A stretch of DNA of 64,000 bases from Takakia lepidozioides (lineage: Eukaryota; Plantae; Bryophyta): NCBI GenBank assembly GCA_030704615.1, contig CM060733.1:44516001-44580000 (forward strand). The letters are read 5' to 3'. This document shows positions 38,401 through 51,006 of this stretch, one piece after another; the stretch's first letter is position 1, and every line of letters starts with the position of its first letter. A program made the translations under genes and the position numbers. Under the pieces are notes generated by a model. It saw only the letters and a list, made by a program, of their open reading frames with translations, did no database searches and was not told where the DNA came from.

Positions 38401-41400
38401 TGTGGGTGATTGCCGCCCATGGCCTTCACAATTTCGTGAAAGCAAGGCACAGTGCGGCCTGGCTGCAGCTGCCATTGTGTATTTGTCTGCAGACATGGAG
38501 AATGCACGGAAAGTCGTCCCCAAGTCTGCGATAGTCAACTCTGATTTGCAGGCTGGTAAGGGGAAAACCTCTTGAAGAAATCACTTTTTGAATTCTGTCC
38601 TCTCTTCACGAGGATAGGACTCGTAACCTCCTGTGAAGTGAAGACACTACATTCCTTCCTCTTGTGCCCTGTCTACTTTGAGATTCCTTGCAGGTGTTGG
38701 TGTCTTTTCAGAGATAGCTCCTCCCGAGCTGAACCCTTCAGTCTTGAGGTCCCTAAGGGCTTAGCAGCTTACCTGCATGAGACAATCCATCTTTGTGAAA
38801 GGCTTGGGGTGCTGTTCTTTGGTTTCACTGGTTCTCTGTTTCTTTCTTTTCTGTCTCATCGGCCATGGGTGTTATAAAGTTTGCTTCTTTCTTTTCTTCT
38901 CTCTTTGAGATTTCTGTGGAGGTTATAGAGTAACATTCCATTTCTTTTCATTTCTTGTTTCCTGCTTTCTCTTGTTTCATGAGCTCTTTGAGCTTTCCGT
39001 AGATGGTAGAGAGTGTCATTTCATTCCATTCCATTTATTCATGTCTTTCCTTATCTGTTACAAGTGTGATTTGATGGTTTCTGGTTTCTCTATTTTGTCA
39101 CATGGGCAAGGCCCTCTGGGGTTTTCTTTTCTTTCGTTCTATCAGATACACCGATGGGTCTGAAGCATATATGGATTTGGATCTGGTCAGCAGGAACAAT
39201 GGCTGCCCGACAAGGATGGAGTGCTGAAGAAGAGGAGGCTTTGCGGCACGCAGTGCAAAGATTTGGACCGGGCAGCTGGAAGGAGATCAAGCAATCTGAA
39301 CCTGCCCTGGTGAATCGTACTACAGTCCAAATAAAGGATAAGGTGAACAGATAGTTCTCCCTTCCAATGTTTAATCTGAGTTTAAGATACAGGAGAGAGT
39401 CATGAATGTTGTCATGTTGGTTTCTGATGCAGTATCGATTGATGAGGGGCGACTGGCACTTTGGTAAGGAGAACAACAGAAGTGCTCCAAAACCCAATGG
39501 CCGGGGTGAGTACGATCGGCAGACAAGTGCACTGCAAAAGGTGGACATCTAACTGACCTTTGTTCTTCACTGTTAACGGTAATGAGTAAGATTGGCAGGG
39601 ATATATAGTCTTGTTATATTTATACAATGCACTACAGCTTTGTGTCATATGTACTGCTATCTAGTTATTCATATTATCTCCAGAACTGTGATTTTTAATC
39701 ATGGCCAACAATGTGTATGAGTACAGCCATGGCCCCAACCTTGCATGATGTCCTCCAGTTGTAGCAGAGCTTGACCTGCCACAACTAAACTGTCACAGTT
39801 TGATTTCACTTGTTCGTTTGTGCAACTAACAGAGGCATAATCTTCTACCAGTTTTAAACAAACCACTGTTACCTATGTCAAGCATCATAAGGACATAAGG
39901 TCTGATAAGCTGGGCTGCCTGTGTCTAGGAGCTGCGGCTGAAGATAATGAGAGAGGAAGAGAAAAGGGAGAAAGAGGAGGAGATAGCACAGCTGGAGGAA
40001 ACAGTGCGCACTTTGAAGCAACAGAATGAGAGAGAGAGAGTAGCTTTGCTGGACCTTGAGGGCGTGCTAACAAAGCACCGGCAGCGGGTTGAGAAGCAGC
40101 GTCGATGGGCAGAGACCCAATCTTCTTATCGATTATGCCTCGAGCGAATGATCCGTGACACTATGCACCAGTATGCCCTCTATGGCCTTCTGTCTCTCTA
40201 ATTCTCCGAACCCCCATCAGATGTAAAGGTAGAGAGCCACGTAGCAGAAGTTGGATTGAACATCATATTGAGTGTTGGATTCAACACTCTATCCTTGCAA
40301 TAGGTTTGTTATTGGCTCTGTGAGTTCTCTGAGAAGTTCCAGCTGAATTTATATCCTGGATCTGAAAACTCCCCAATTGCCTCTTGGATTTTACTACCCT
40401 GGTATTTTGTCCACAGGGTTACATCGTGGACTGTATCTATCATTTCTCTTTCTTAATTTTTATCTCTATATTGCCTTGCATCCAGGTATATGCCAGTCTT
40501 TTTTCAGTGATGTTGAATGTGTAGAAAACAAAAGAGGATTTGTCATAAGCATTGGTGAAGCCTCTTGTAGACTGAGATGTACTTTTGCTATGTTGTGAAA
40601 GAGAGGGTTGCAATGGGATAGAGAAGAATCAAGCTTCATAATGTTAATAGAGGGCCAGGAGACCCATGGGGGACATGGTACAATAAACGAGGAAAGAAAG
40701 AAACCTTGTAAAGCCCAAGGGGGCCCATGGGATACAGAACAAGAAACAGAACCAAGGAAAAATGAAATGGGGCAAGATGGACTTGAATCTAATAGTGTGT
40801 TGTGGACAGGAGCATATCATACAAGGAGCAAGCTCGACTGAATCAAGCTGCATGTAATGCCCTGATGGCTCGGCTTGACTGTCAGAAGATGACGTGCGAA
40901 ACTGCTGAGAAAGACCTCCTCCAACGCTATTCCCATAGGGAGGCCTTGGCAGTGTTGGCCCAGCCAGATCTGACGGAGACCGACCAAAAGCGGTTGCGGG
41001 GCAGGGATATTGTGGATGTTAGTAGTTGTCTGTCACAGGCTCTCACACCCGAAAAGATTTTCTTTCCTAAAGATGGAGATAGTGGCCACTGTAGTGAGAG
41101 TGACGACGGGGAGCCTGATGAGGTTTACTCTCTACGGATGCAACATCGTTGGTCGAAGGACTTAATACAGCAAGAGAAACAGCAGGTGGTGCCGGAATGT
41201 CTAGATGATGATGGAATCCAAGGTGAGTGCTGAAATCAGAGGTACTGTGTGTTTACACACTGAAGTCTTTACTGCACAAGGTCTATTGCAAATGTTAAAC
41301 ACTTACATTGTCGCATACGGATGCTGTGCTCTGCAACCAGTACTAGTGTAGGATGAAGACTTTGGTGATAGACTATAACACAAATGTTTCCCTTGGACTT

Positions 41401-44400
41401 ACTTGCTAGCCTTGACATATACCTGGGGCCCATTTTAAGCAGATTGAAAAAGGAGGAAGAGCAGGCAATACACTCACCTAAGGCTTAATAGTGAGACTCT
41501 CGCTTTTGAATGTTCTTTGTGGGTTACAGATTGCCCAAGGCCTGTACCAAGCATCTGTAGTCTTGTGGCAGGTCTAATTGGCTTAGGCGGAAAAGAGTTT
41601 AACGAGAGTAAAGTACAAGACTACTGCTGCTAGCAGTTGAGGGATTTCAGTGTACATTTCTTGTAAGCCAATATGTCTGTGTGCAGACGGATCACAAGAG
41701 GTGGAGGCCAAAGGGCCAGCTGCTGTCTTGGAGTCCCAGGTCTTGGGTAAAGTGGAGCAAAGTTTGATTGCACCAGTTGCCCCAGAGAGAGACTCTGACT
41801 GTGAGGTCGGCTATGAGGGCCAGATCTCTTCCAGTACCAACCAGGAGAGTGAAGGTAAGATAGATTAAGTGGAGGTACCGTTTGACTGTTTCCTGTGATG
41901 GCATCCTTTACAGCAGAGTTCAAGTTTTGCTGAGCTTCCTGGAACTGATTTTTGGGCGTTATCCAGCTGGATATGACTGTGCTCATGTCAGCAGGATTTG
42001 ATTCAAACTGTACCTGATGGCAATGCCTATCTGGGATTTTAATATGGGCTGTCAGTTAGAGGAATAGTACAAGGAAGAGTGAGGTCGGCTATGAGGGCCA
42101 GATCTCTTCCAGTACCAACCAGGAGAGTGAAGGTAAGATAGATTAAGTGGAAGTACCTTTTGACTGTTTCCTGTGATGGCATCCTTTACAGCAGAGTTCA
42201 AGTTTTGCTGAGCTTCCTGGAACTGATTTTTGGGCGTTATCCAGCAGGATATGACTGTGTTCATGTCAGCAGGATTTGATTCAAACTGTACCTGATGGCA
42301 ATGCCTATCTGGGATTTTAATATGGGCTGTCAGTTAGAGGAATAGTACAAGGAAGAGTGAGGTCGGCTATGAGGGCCAGATCTCTTCCAGTACCAACCAG
42401 GAGAGTGAAGGTAAGATAGATTAAGTGGAAGTACCTTTTGACTGTTTCCTGTGATGGCATCCTTTACAGCAGAGTTCAAGTTTTGCTGAGCTTCCTGGAA
42501 CTGATTTTTGGGCGTTATCCAGCAGGATATGACTGTGCTCATGTCAGCAGGATTTGATTCAAACTGTACCTGATGGCAATGCCTATCTGGGATTTTAATA
42601 TGGGCTGTCAGTTAGAGGAATAGTACAAGGAAGAGTGAGGTCGGCTATGAGGGCCAGATCTCTTCCAGTACCAACCAGGAGAGTGAAGGTAAGATAGATT
42701 AAGTGGAAGTACCTTTTGACTGTTTCCTGTGATGGCATCCTTTACAGCAGAGTTCAAGTTTTGCTGAGCTTCCTGGAACTGATTTTTGGGCGTTATCCAG
42801 CAGGATATGACTGTGCTCATGTCAGCAGGATTTGATTCAAACTGTACCTGATGGCAATGCCTATCTGGGATTTTAATATGGGCTGTCAGTTAGAGGAATA
42901 GTACAAGGAAGAGTGAGGTCGGCTATGAGGGCCAGATCTCTTCCAGTACCAACCAGGAGAGTGAAGGTAAGATAGATTAAGTGGAAGTACCTTTTGACTG
43001 TTTCCTGTGATGGCATCCTTTACAGCAGAGTTCAAGTTTTGCTGAGCTTCCTGGAACTGATTTTTGGGCGTTATCCAGCAGGATATGACTGTGTTCATGT
43101 CAGCAGGATTTGATTCAAACTGTACCTGCTGGCAATGCCTATCTGGGATTTTAATATGGGCTGTCAGTTAGAGGAATAGTACAAGGAAGAGTGACTGAGG
43201 GAATGACGTATGTATCTAGTTCAAACGTCCTTGGCTGGGCCCCTTGTATCTCTAAGATCATGGGGAATATTTTCCCATGTGACCCTCAAGTAACTTTGTT
43301 TGTAATGGTTCAGATGGTGAAAGAGAGGGTGATATTGCTGCTTCAAAGCTATGCTGTGACTCGATCAAGGTCCATGATTCCCAGGGTATGAAGGTGGCAA
43401 AAGCTGGAGCTTCAGATGGGAGGGAAGGCCAAAGAGGGAAGAGCTTGGTGGGGGACAATAATGACCTAGATGTTGTGCTTCTTGGTCATGAGTATGAGAG
43501 TAATGGTCGGCCACCCTCAGCAGTAGGAAACAAACCGCTCTCAAAGGCCAGTGATGCCTTACTTGATTGCAAGCAGAAGGATGTAATAATGGTGGAGACT
43601 CAGTCTCCCAACGTTTCGGGGATTGGAGTTGATGTTGGCCCTCCACTTCAAGAGGAACATCTTGATGAACTGCTACAGGAGGTCAGATGGCAAACACTAA
43701 TATCTCTGTCTCTCTCTAACTTATGTGGATGTAATAATTTCCGTCATGGATGTTGTAGAGTCCATCTTTCTCATTCGTTTTTTTCCTCTTTTTTCTTTTC
43801 TTCCTGTCTAGTGTAGGAAATGGTCAATTAGTACATCTAGCTTCATCCTCCTTTGGAATGGGTTGCAGGTGTTGACAACCCATGTGGAGCAAGTACGGAG
43901 AGCTGAAGCTGCTGCAGAAGAGGCCACAAACATTGATGATGAGAAGTTGAGGGAAATTGGCAAGTTAAATTTAGACAAGTGGCTTCATGTCCTGCTTCAC
44001 AAAGAGAATGAAATAGACTCCAATGATGCCACCCCTTCCCCGCAGAGTCCTTTGCATGCAGCCCTCTCACCAGCTCTATCAACTCTTAGCATGGCTGCCG
44101 TACGTGGGAGCATGGAGCTGTATGAAGGCCATGATCATGTAATAACCTTTTTGCTTGACTTCCATCCTGGGCTTTCGTCTTCCAAGCTTGATTGGCAGTG
44201 CAAGCATCACATCTTATTAGGAAGAGGGCTTCAAAAGCTGCATATCATTATTACGGATTCTAGTATGATGTCAAGATTTTCTTGTATGACCAACACGAAA
44301 TCCCTCTTCACCGGATTCTGATTGGCTGCATGGTATACTGCTTTCAGAGGGTTTATGCTCTGCACATTTGTTTGTGCCCCATGGGTATGTGATATCAGCT

Positions 44401-45200
44401 GTTCACTAGGGATTGTAAGCAAGTCCATATCAGCATACAGATAGCATATTCTGCATAAGGAGTTTCATGATGTTATGGTGGTGACGACATTGCCAAGAAG
44501 ACTAGTGCTAACAATGTTGACTGTATTTGTACAGGAATTCGGAAAGACAAATGGGGTTGAGGAGAGGCCCAAGCGTGGGTGGGGCGCATTGCTGCGAAAG
44601 CTGAGTGTTAGGCATCAATCTGATCAGAGCTTCTCAAAACAAATTGATTTTGACTCTGATGAGGAGACCCTTGAACCTCAGACTGAAAATGGGAAGGATA
44701 TCAGAGGTGTTTTGAAATCTTTGGGAAATTTCAGGTCGAACAACAGCAACCCTCAAAATCTTGAGGCTGTGTCATTTGAAGGGACTGAGCCAGAAAACCG
44801 AGCGAGTGCCACAGAAAGTGCAATCAACATCCCAGAATCTGTAAAGAACTGGCCAGAGGGTGGGATGAATTCAAGGGGAGTGGCAAGCCAGTATTGGCAA
44901 AAAGAGACAGCGAATGAGGCTGAAATTTTCACAGATCTTGAGCCAGCACTCTCTGAAGAAGATGCAACTTATGTGCTTGACAGCAATATCCAGAAACCCT
45001 CGCCAATGTCAGTAGCCGAGGATGATGAAACTGAGAGCCTGAATAGCTGCAATCAAGACGGACACTTCCAGGTCATGGAAGGCAAGGATCTGGCCAAGAA
45101 TGGTCTTAGAGCGTCCTTCAAAGCATGTACTCTTAAGTGGAAAAGAGTTGTGAAGAAACTGGATGTTCGATTGCAAGAAGGTGGTATTCCCTTAAACTGA
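35473..45200 (+). CDS. Uncharacterised plant protein: HNH-like domain + single Myb/SANT (telobox-like) + coiled coil + acidic region. 13 predicted exons: 35473-35748, 36634-36749, 37276-37394, 37612-37774, 38341-38555, ~39191-39342, 39433-39540, 39929-40170, 40810-41222, 41687-41854, 43314-43681, 43869-44099, 44535-45200
   Basis: Frame-consistent GT-AG chain. FRVDAYGNVVYW...WEVDHWFPHTRGGQTVVSNLQVVQWQ is HNH-like (DH.FP..RGG....NL). WSAEEEEALRHAVQRFGPGSWKEIK...RTTVQIKDKYR is Myb/SANT. EEEKREKEEEIAQLEETVRTLKQQNE is coiled coil. Confidence 0.8.
41801..43190. repeat. Tandem array, 5 x 278 bp, nearly identical units
   Basis: Unit starts GTGAGGTCGGCTATGAGGGCC at 41801, 42079, 42357, 42635 and 42913. 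A few SNPs distinguish units (gtgctc versus gtgttc). Confidence 0.97.
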
Positions 45201-47339
45201 ACATCTTGTGGGCTTTGTCTGTCCTCGGTATTAATCTTTCCAGGTAGTTTTATCGACACCTTTGGAGGTTGAGTGTTGATTAAGCTTGCCATCGTAATTT
45301 TGGTTGAAGAATTGGTGAAACAGACTGGGAAACACTCAACAGTGACAAAGAATGGCTTTGCAGCTATTTTTGGCACTCTGCAAACATGTAAACATTCTAT
45401 GTGTTTGACCATTGCGCAAAGTGTCAGTCTTATATAGAGTAAGGTCAGCTGAGGGGTCGCAGTCCACCCCTTCTGCTTTGAGGTCAGATAGGGTAATTGT
45501 CAACCTTGTTCCCTCCCGAGCAAAGAAAGGCATATGTGACATAGACACAAATTGCATCTACGTATGCAATCTGTGTTGGACTCTTACTGCGAAGTTTAGT
45601 CTCTCAAGAGGCATGAAATATCTGTGTACTCTGTTAATCTATGTCAATTTATAATTGTGAAGTTGGACTCTTTAATTCTGAAGTCGGTCCCTTGTTTGTC
45701 CACTCAAGAGGCAAGGAAGTTGGTCCCTTGTTTGTATGAGCAAAGAGGCCAGGTAGGTGTACACTGATTTACAAGTCTGATTTATCTCTGTGGCTCCAAC
45801 GCACCCCGGGTGAACAACCCCCAGTTGATGTAAACTAAGGGTGTGCATTGCTGGCAAGAACCAAAGAAGAAAGAGCTCGCTGTCTGTAAGGTGTCTCGGT
45901 GACTTTCCATTCCGAGAGACGCGACACCATCACCTTCACTTGCCCGGAAACACCTCCTCCACTTGTAGGAAGAATTCATGCAGCGAAGAACACGAATCAA
46001 CAGCCATCAACACCCATGATTCAGACACATAGACAGCTCTGACAGAGCTTGACAAGGTATGGGCAGGTACTCTCGTTCCCGCATCAACTGCACACAAGGG
46101 CAGATGCCAGAGCCTACTTCTTAAGTACTTGTGGACTTCTCCCATCTCAAATCCATGGAACGAAGTCGGCTCATGCACAACGACAAGTGAGAAGAAAAGA
46201 AAGAAAAAAACAAGTGTGTGTAGCAGACTTTTACATCCTGCATGCAAATGGAAAACATGTGTGATGTTCGCATTCGTCCTACACGACGTTTTCTCTCACG
46301 AATTGTAGGACCTTTTGAGCTTTGCTACTTTCGAGCATCGGCTTGGCAGCGATGGCAGCGAGTTGCGGTGAACGGGGGAGAGGCCTCACATCATGCAGCA
46401 GATTAACGGAGCAGGCTGTGGATGTGACATTAGCATCCAGCTTGGTGATGCCGAGCCCGACAATCTTGCAGGGAATAATCACGACGCCTCCCAAGCCTCC
46501 AGGGGCGATGGAAGGTATGAAATGCACTCTTTGCGTTCTTTTTGCGATCAGCATGCTATGCGAGGGGGGAATTCACCCTCCATATTGTGCCAGCAGGAAG
46601 CTCACATATTTTGGTCGCAGTATGGTCATAGAGGACTGCATGTTTAATCGACACCATCGTGTGCTCCCTCGGTTTCCCGGGGCGTGACCTTCTTTCTCGT
46701 GCTGCAACTGCAAGCCTCCATGTAAACGAGCTAACAGAGAGAGATTTGCACAAGGGCGAGATTTCCGTTGCCCGAAGCTCCTGTCGGGTAATTTGTCTCC
46801 GGGTGTAAGTTGGAAGAGGTTCTACAATTCGCGTCTTAGTGTGTAGGTGCTCCCGGCGTGGGTCTGGTGGCCTGGAGCAGTTGAGGGTCACAATTACCAC
46901 ACATTATCATCATGGATACGGGCTAAGAGAGATGTGCACATTAAGGGTTCCTTGGGACGTTGGCTTTGAAGTTTGCTTTTTGGGTATCAACCTTCTCAGA
47001 GACCATATCGCAAGACAGGTTAGCTACAATCCAGTTCCAGGGAATGGTGTGTCCATGTAAGGGATCGCATAGGCATCACGCCACAAAACCCCACCTTGAC
47101 TCCAGAGTGTGTTCGAGCCTTCATCTCATGTACGTTTTTGTGATCACACTACCATTATATGAGAGAGAATGTACTCATGAGACGCCGTTTGCCATATCCT
47201 TGTGGCCCATTATATGAGAGAGAGAATTTACTCATATGAGAGAGAGAGGAGAGGAGGGGGGGCGAGAGAGTGAGCATTCCTCAATAAATCTCAAACAACT
47301 AGGACTGTGTTCAAGAGGTGTTTTTATGCAGGTCAAAAA

Positions 47340-50012
47340 ATGAGCCAGGACTGTCTCTGGCAGAGGTTCTTCTCAGATCCTTCAGTGTGGTGGGACAATA
47401 GGTTTGATAAGGTAAGCCTATCTTCATTAAGGGTATGAAAGAGTTTGTCAAGGAGGGCTTGTGACTGAAACCAGCATGATAAGTTTTGTGGACTGGATTG
47501 TATCTCCACTTCCTGACCTCTGTCTACAATAGCAGGGCATGAAAGGAAGTTGCTGGACGTTGTTTCCTTTATTTCAAAGATGCTTGGAGCTCTGGGGGCT
47601 GTAGCCTGGTCTATGCGAGGCTGCGGTTGAAGCTATGGCTGCTCAGGTGCCCACTGGTCGTTTTCGCAGAGGAGTCCAAGGTCACCTGACTTCAAACATA
47701 AGCGCACAAAGGAGGTCCTTTGGATTGAGGGTTCATCAAACCCTCCTTGGGTGAAACCGGAGCTAGCTGCCCTGATACAAGGTCAAGCACAGTGTGGCGA
47801 CGTGAAGACACACTGTACTGCAGGACAACTGAAAGAGGCCCTGCGCATATTGAACGAACGAGGCATTTCGGCAGACTCCGCTACTTATATCTGTCTCTTG
47901 CAGGCATGCATCAACATGCAAGGCCTTGCAGAGGGAAGGCAGGTGCACGCCCACATGATGCAGAGTGGGTTCCAGCCAAACACCTTACTACTTAATTCCC
48001 TTGTGAAGATGTATGCCAAGTGTGGAGGTGTGGTGGAGGCACGCGAAGTGTTTGACAAAATGCCTGAACGAGATATGATTACATGGACTACGATGATATC
48101 AGGGTATGCCAAGCATGGGTATGGTAGGGAGGCCTTGGAGATGTATGAAAAGATGAAACGTGAACACTTGACTCCCAACAAGGTCACATTCACCTGTGTT
48201 CTCAAGGCGTGTGCCAGCCTGGCAGCCTTGGGAAAGGGCATAGAGGTCCACGCTGACATTAGCAAAGCTCTAATTGTGCCAGATGTAATTCTGGAGACTG
48301 CACTTGCTGACATGTACGCCAAATGTGGGAGCATGTTGGATGCACGTCAAGTATTTGACAATATGACTCAAAGAAATGTGGTCTCATGGAATGTGATCAT
48401 CACAGGATATGCTCAGCATGGGTGTGGTAAGGAGGCTTTGGAGATCTATGAGCAGATGATACGGGAAGGGGTAACGCCAGACAACGTCACGTTTATTTGT
48501 GTTCTCAATGCTTGTGCCAGCCTGGCAGCTCTCGAAAAGGGCATGGAGGTCCACTCCCGCATCATTAAAGCTGGATTTGCACCAGACATGATTTTGGAGA
48601 CTGCCCTTGTCGATATGTATGCCAAATGCGGGAGCATTCAGGATGCACGTCTTGTGTTCGACAATATGGCTAAGCGAAATGTGGTATCCTGGAATGCCAT
48701 CCTAGCAGGATATGTGCAACATGGGTGTCACAGGGAGGCACTCCAACTATTTGAGCAAATGCAACAGGAATGCGTGAAGCCTAATGTGGTCTCCTGGAGC
48801 ACAATGATTGCAGGATATGCTCAACATGGGTGTGGCAGAGAGGCTTTGGAGATGTATGTGCATATGATACAGGAAGGGGTGATGCCCGACAAGGTCACAT
48901 TCGTTTGCATCCTCAATGCGTGTGCCAGCCTGGTAGCCCTGGATAAGGGCATAGAGGTGCATGCGGACATCATCAAAGCTGGAATTGTGCAAGATATGAT
49001 TCTGGAGACTGCCCTTGTCAATATGTATGCCAAATGCGGGAACATGAAGGATGCATGTCAAATGTTCAACAATATGGCTGACCGAGATGTGGTTTCATGG
49101 AGTGCCATGCTCGCAGGATATGGTCAGCATGGGTGTGGTAGAGAGGCCCTCCAACTATTTGAACGAATGCAACAGAAAGGCTTGAAGCCAAATAGTATCA
49201 CCTTTACATCTCTTCTCTCTGCATGCAGCCATGTGGGCCTTACGGACGAAGGCTGTCACTATTTTGATTCCATGTGTCAGGATTATGGCCTCGCTGCTAC
49301 ATCAGAGCATTTTGGCTGTATGGTTGATCTTCTTGGGCGTGCAGGGCGATTGCATGAGGCGGAGGGCTTCATTACCAGAATGCCAATCGAACCGGGTGCT
49401 GTGGTGTGGATGGCCTTGCTTGGGGCCTGCAGAATTCATGGGAATGTCGAGATAGCAGAACGAGCAGCTAAATTCCTTCTAAAGTGGGATCCACAGAATG
49501 CTGCAACTTATGTGCTGCTATCAAACATCTATGCTGCTGCGGGCAGGTGGGATGATACAGCGAAGGTGAGAAAAATGATGCAGGACAGGGCTGTCAGAAA
49601 GGAGCCAGGGCACAGCTACATTGAGGTGGATAATCAAGTGCATACATTCACTGTAGAGGACCAATCACATCCAAAAATTGCGGAAATCCATGCTGAGCTG
49701 GACAGATTGTCTGGGCAGATGAAGGAGGCAGGCTACGTCCCTGACACACGCTTTGTATTGCATGATGTGGAGGAGGAGGGAAAGGAATTCTCTCTTTGCC
49801 TGCACAGTGAGAAGCTGGCCATTGCTTTTGGGCTCATCAGCACACCCCCTGGCAATCCTCTCCGCATAATCAAGAACCTTCGGGTGTGTGGTGACTGCCA
49901 CACAGCGACCAAGTGCATCTCAAAGATTGTTGGACGAGCAGTCATTGTACGCGATGCAAACCGCTTTCACCACTTCCAAGATGGGGTTTGCTCTTGTGGA
50001 GATTACTGGTAA
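47340..50012 (+). CDS. PLS-class PPR protein with E/DYW cytidine deaminase domain (C-to-U RNA editing factor) and N-terminal PDF motif; exons 47340-47411 and 47670-50012
   Basis: P-L-S triplets (LVDMYAKCGS..DAR.VFD.M..RNVVSWN), PG box PGHSYIEV, HSEKLA, CGDCH, terminal CSCGDYW. Exon 1 ATG at 47340, donor AAG|gtaag at 47411, acceptor ttttcgcag| at 47669, in frame. Splicing removes the in-frame TGA at 47628. Confidence 0.92.
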
Positions 50013-51006
50013 AACACTCAACATGCACGAAAGCAAGTGCAGCCCTGAAAGATGAGAGGGGAAAGGAGGTAAATGTCACAAGCAAAGACGAATTGATTTG
50101 TATGAAACAGACAGTACTTCACTTACTGGTAGCTGCCCATTGGCAAGAGGCTCACAAGTGATCAAACAGCAGGAGTGGTGAAGTGACAGAAAACCCTGCT
50201 GCAGACGATGCGCCTGCAGATTGCAGGAAAAACAGTAGGCATCCTCAAGCTACATCACTCAAAGTACTGATTTAACAGGATGATCCTTGGAAAGACAGCC
50301 TCACAGCGGGACTTCCTTGCGGTAGCCTCGATACATGCAGGATATCAAAACATCTCCTCCATTCCTCACATTCGCCTCTACGGCGCTACAGTGCCCTCAA
50401 CATCTTTGCATGGCTGGAAATTGTCATCGGCCATGCTATGAACCCCAATCTTCCACTACACATTGCAATGCGAAGCTCTTTCAAGTCCACATTGGGACTA
50501 GTCATGTGGACTCTCTCCAAGTCCGTCGCTCAGAACTGTGTGTTACCCAAACCCCCACCATGTCTACTGCAGCTCAACTGGCAGGTTCATGGCCCAAAAC
50601 AACATGCCCGTCGTGGCTCGTAACCAGAATAGTAAGTCACTAAACCGACCGACTGACTAGTAACTAGTTAGTAACTTCACACCAACAACTTACTCCAGTG
50701 GTTAGTGAGTGTATTATTGTTATGTGTGCATGTAATCATGCATGAGCCACAATCATATAAAGCGCATGCCAGTCCATGCCATCATGACCCATGGAGGTGC
50801 GCACGATGCTGACATGGCGCTCTCTCATTGGGCGGAGGGAAGGGGTCGGGGTAAGCTCACTACCCCTCGTCTCCTTCTCTCCTCTCTCTTTCTCTGTCGG
50901 TGTGTGTGTGTGTGTGTTGTGGGAGCGCGTTGAAGATCGCGGGCAAGGTGCAGTGCTCTGCAGACAGGGAGTGGATCGTCTCTGTGAGCGGCCGTGAGCG
51001 CTGCTC

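Noticed and set aside
41801-43190. Array as a CRISPR or as a set of repeated 70-aa genes (minus-strand ORFs)
   Set aside because: No unique spacers. The ORFs are antisense by-products of the repeated unit inside an intron.
45660-47100. Overlapping 60-120 aa ORFs on both strands
   Set aside because: No recognisable domain or consistent splice chain.
47580-47630. In-frame ATG and TGA upstream of the PPR ORF, suggesting a pseudogene or stop readthrough
   Set aside because: Both fall inside the predicted intron 47412-47669.
49590-50012. DYW domain as a KP-type (U-to-C) variant
   Set aside because: It has a PG box, HSE and a DYW end, which is the standard C-to-U type.
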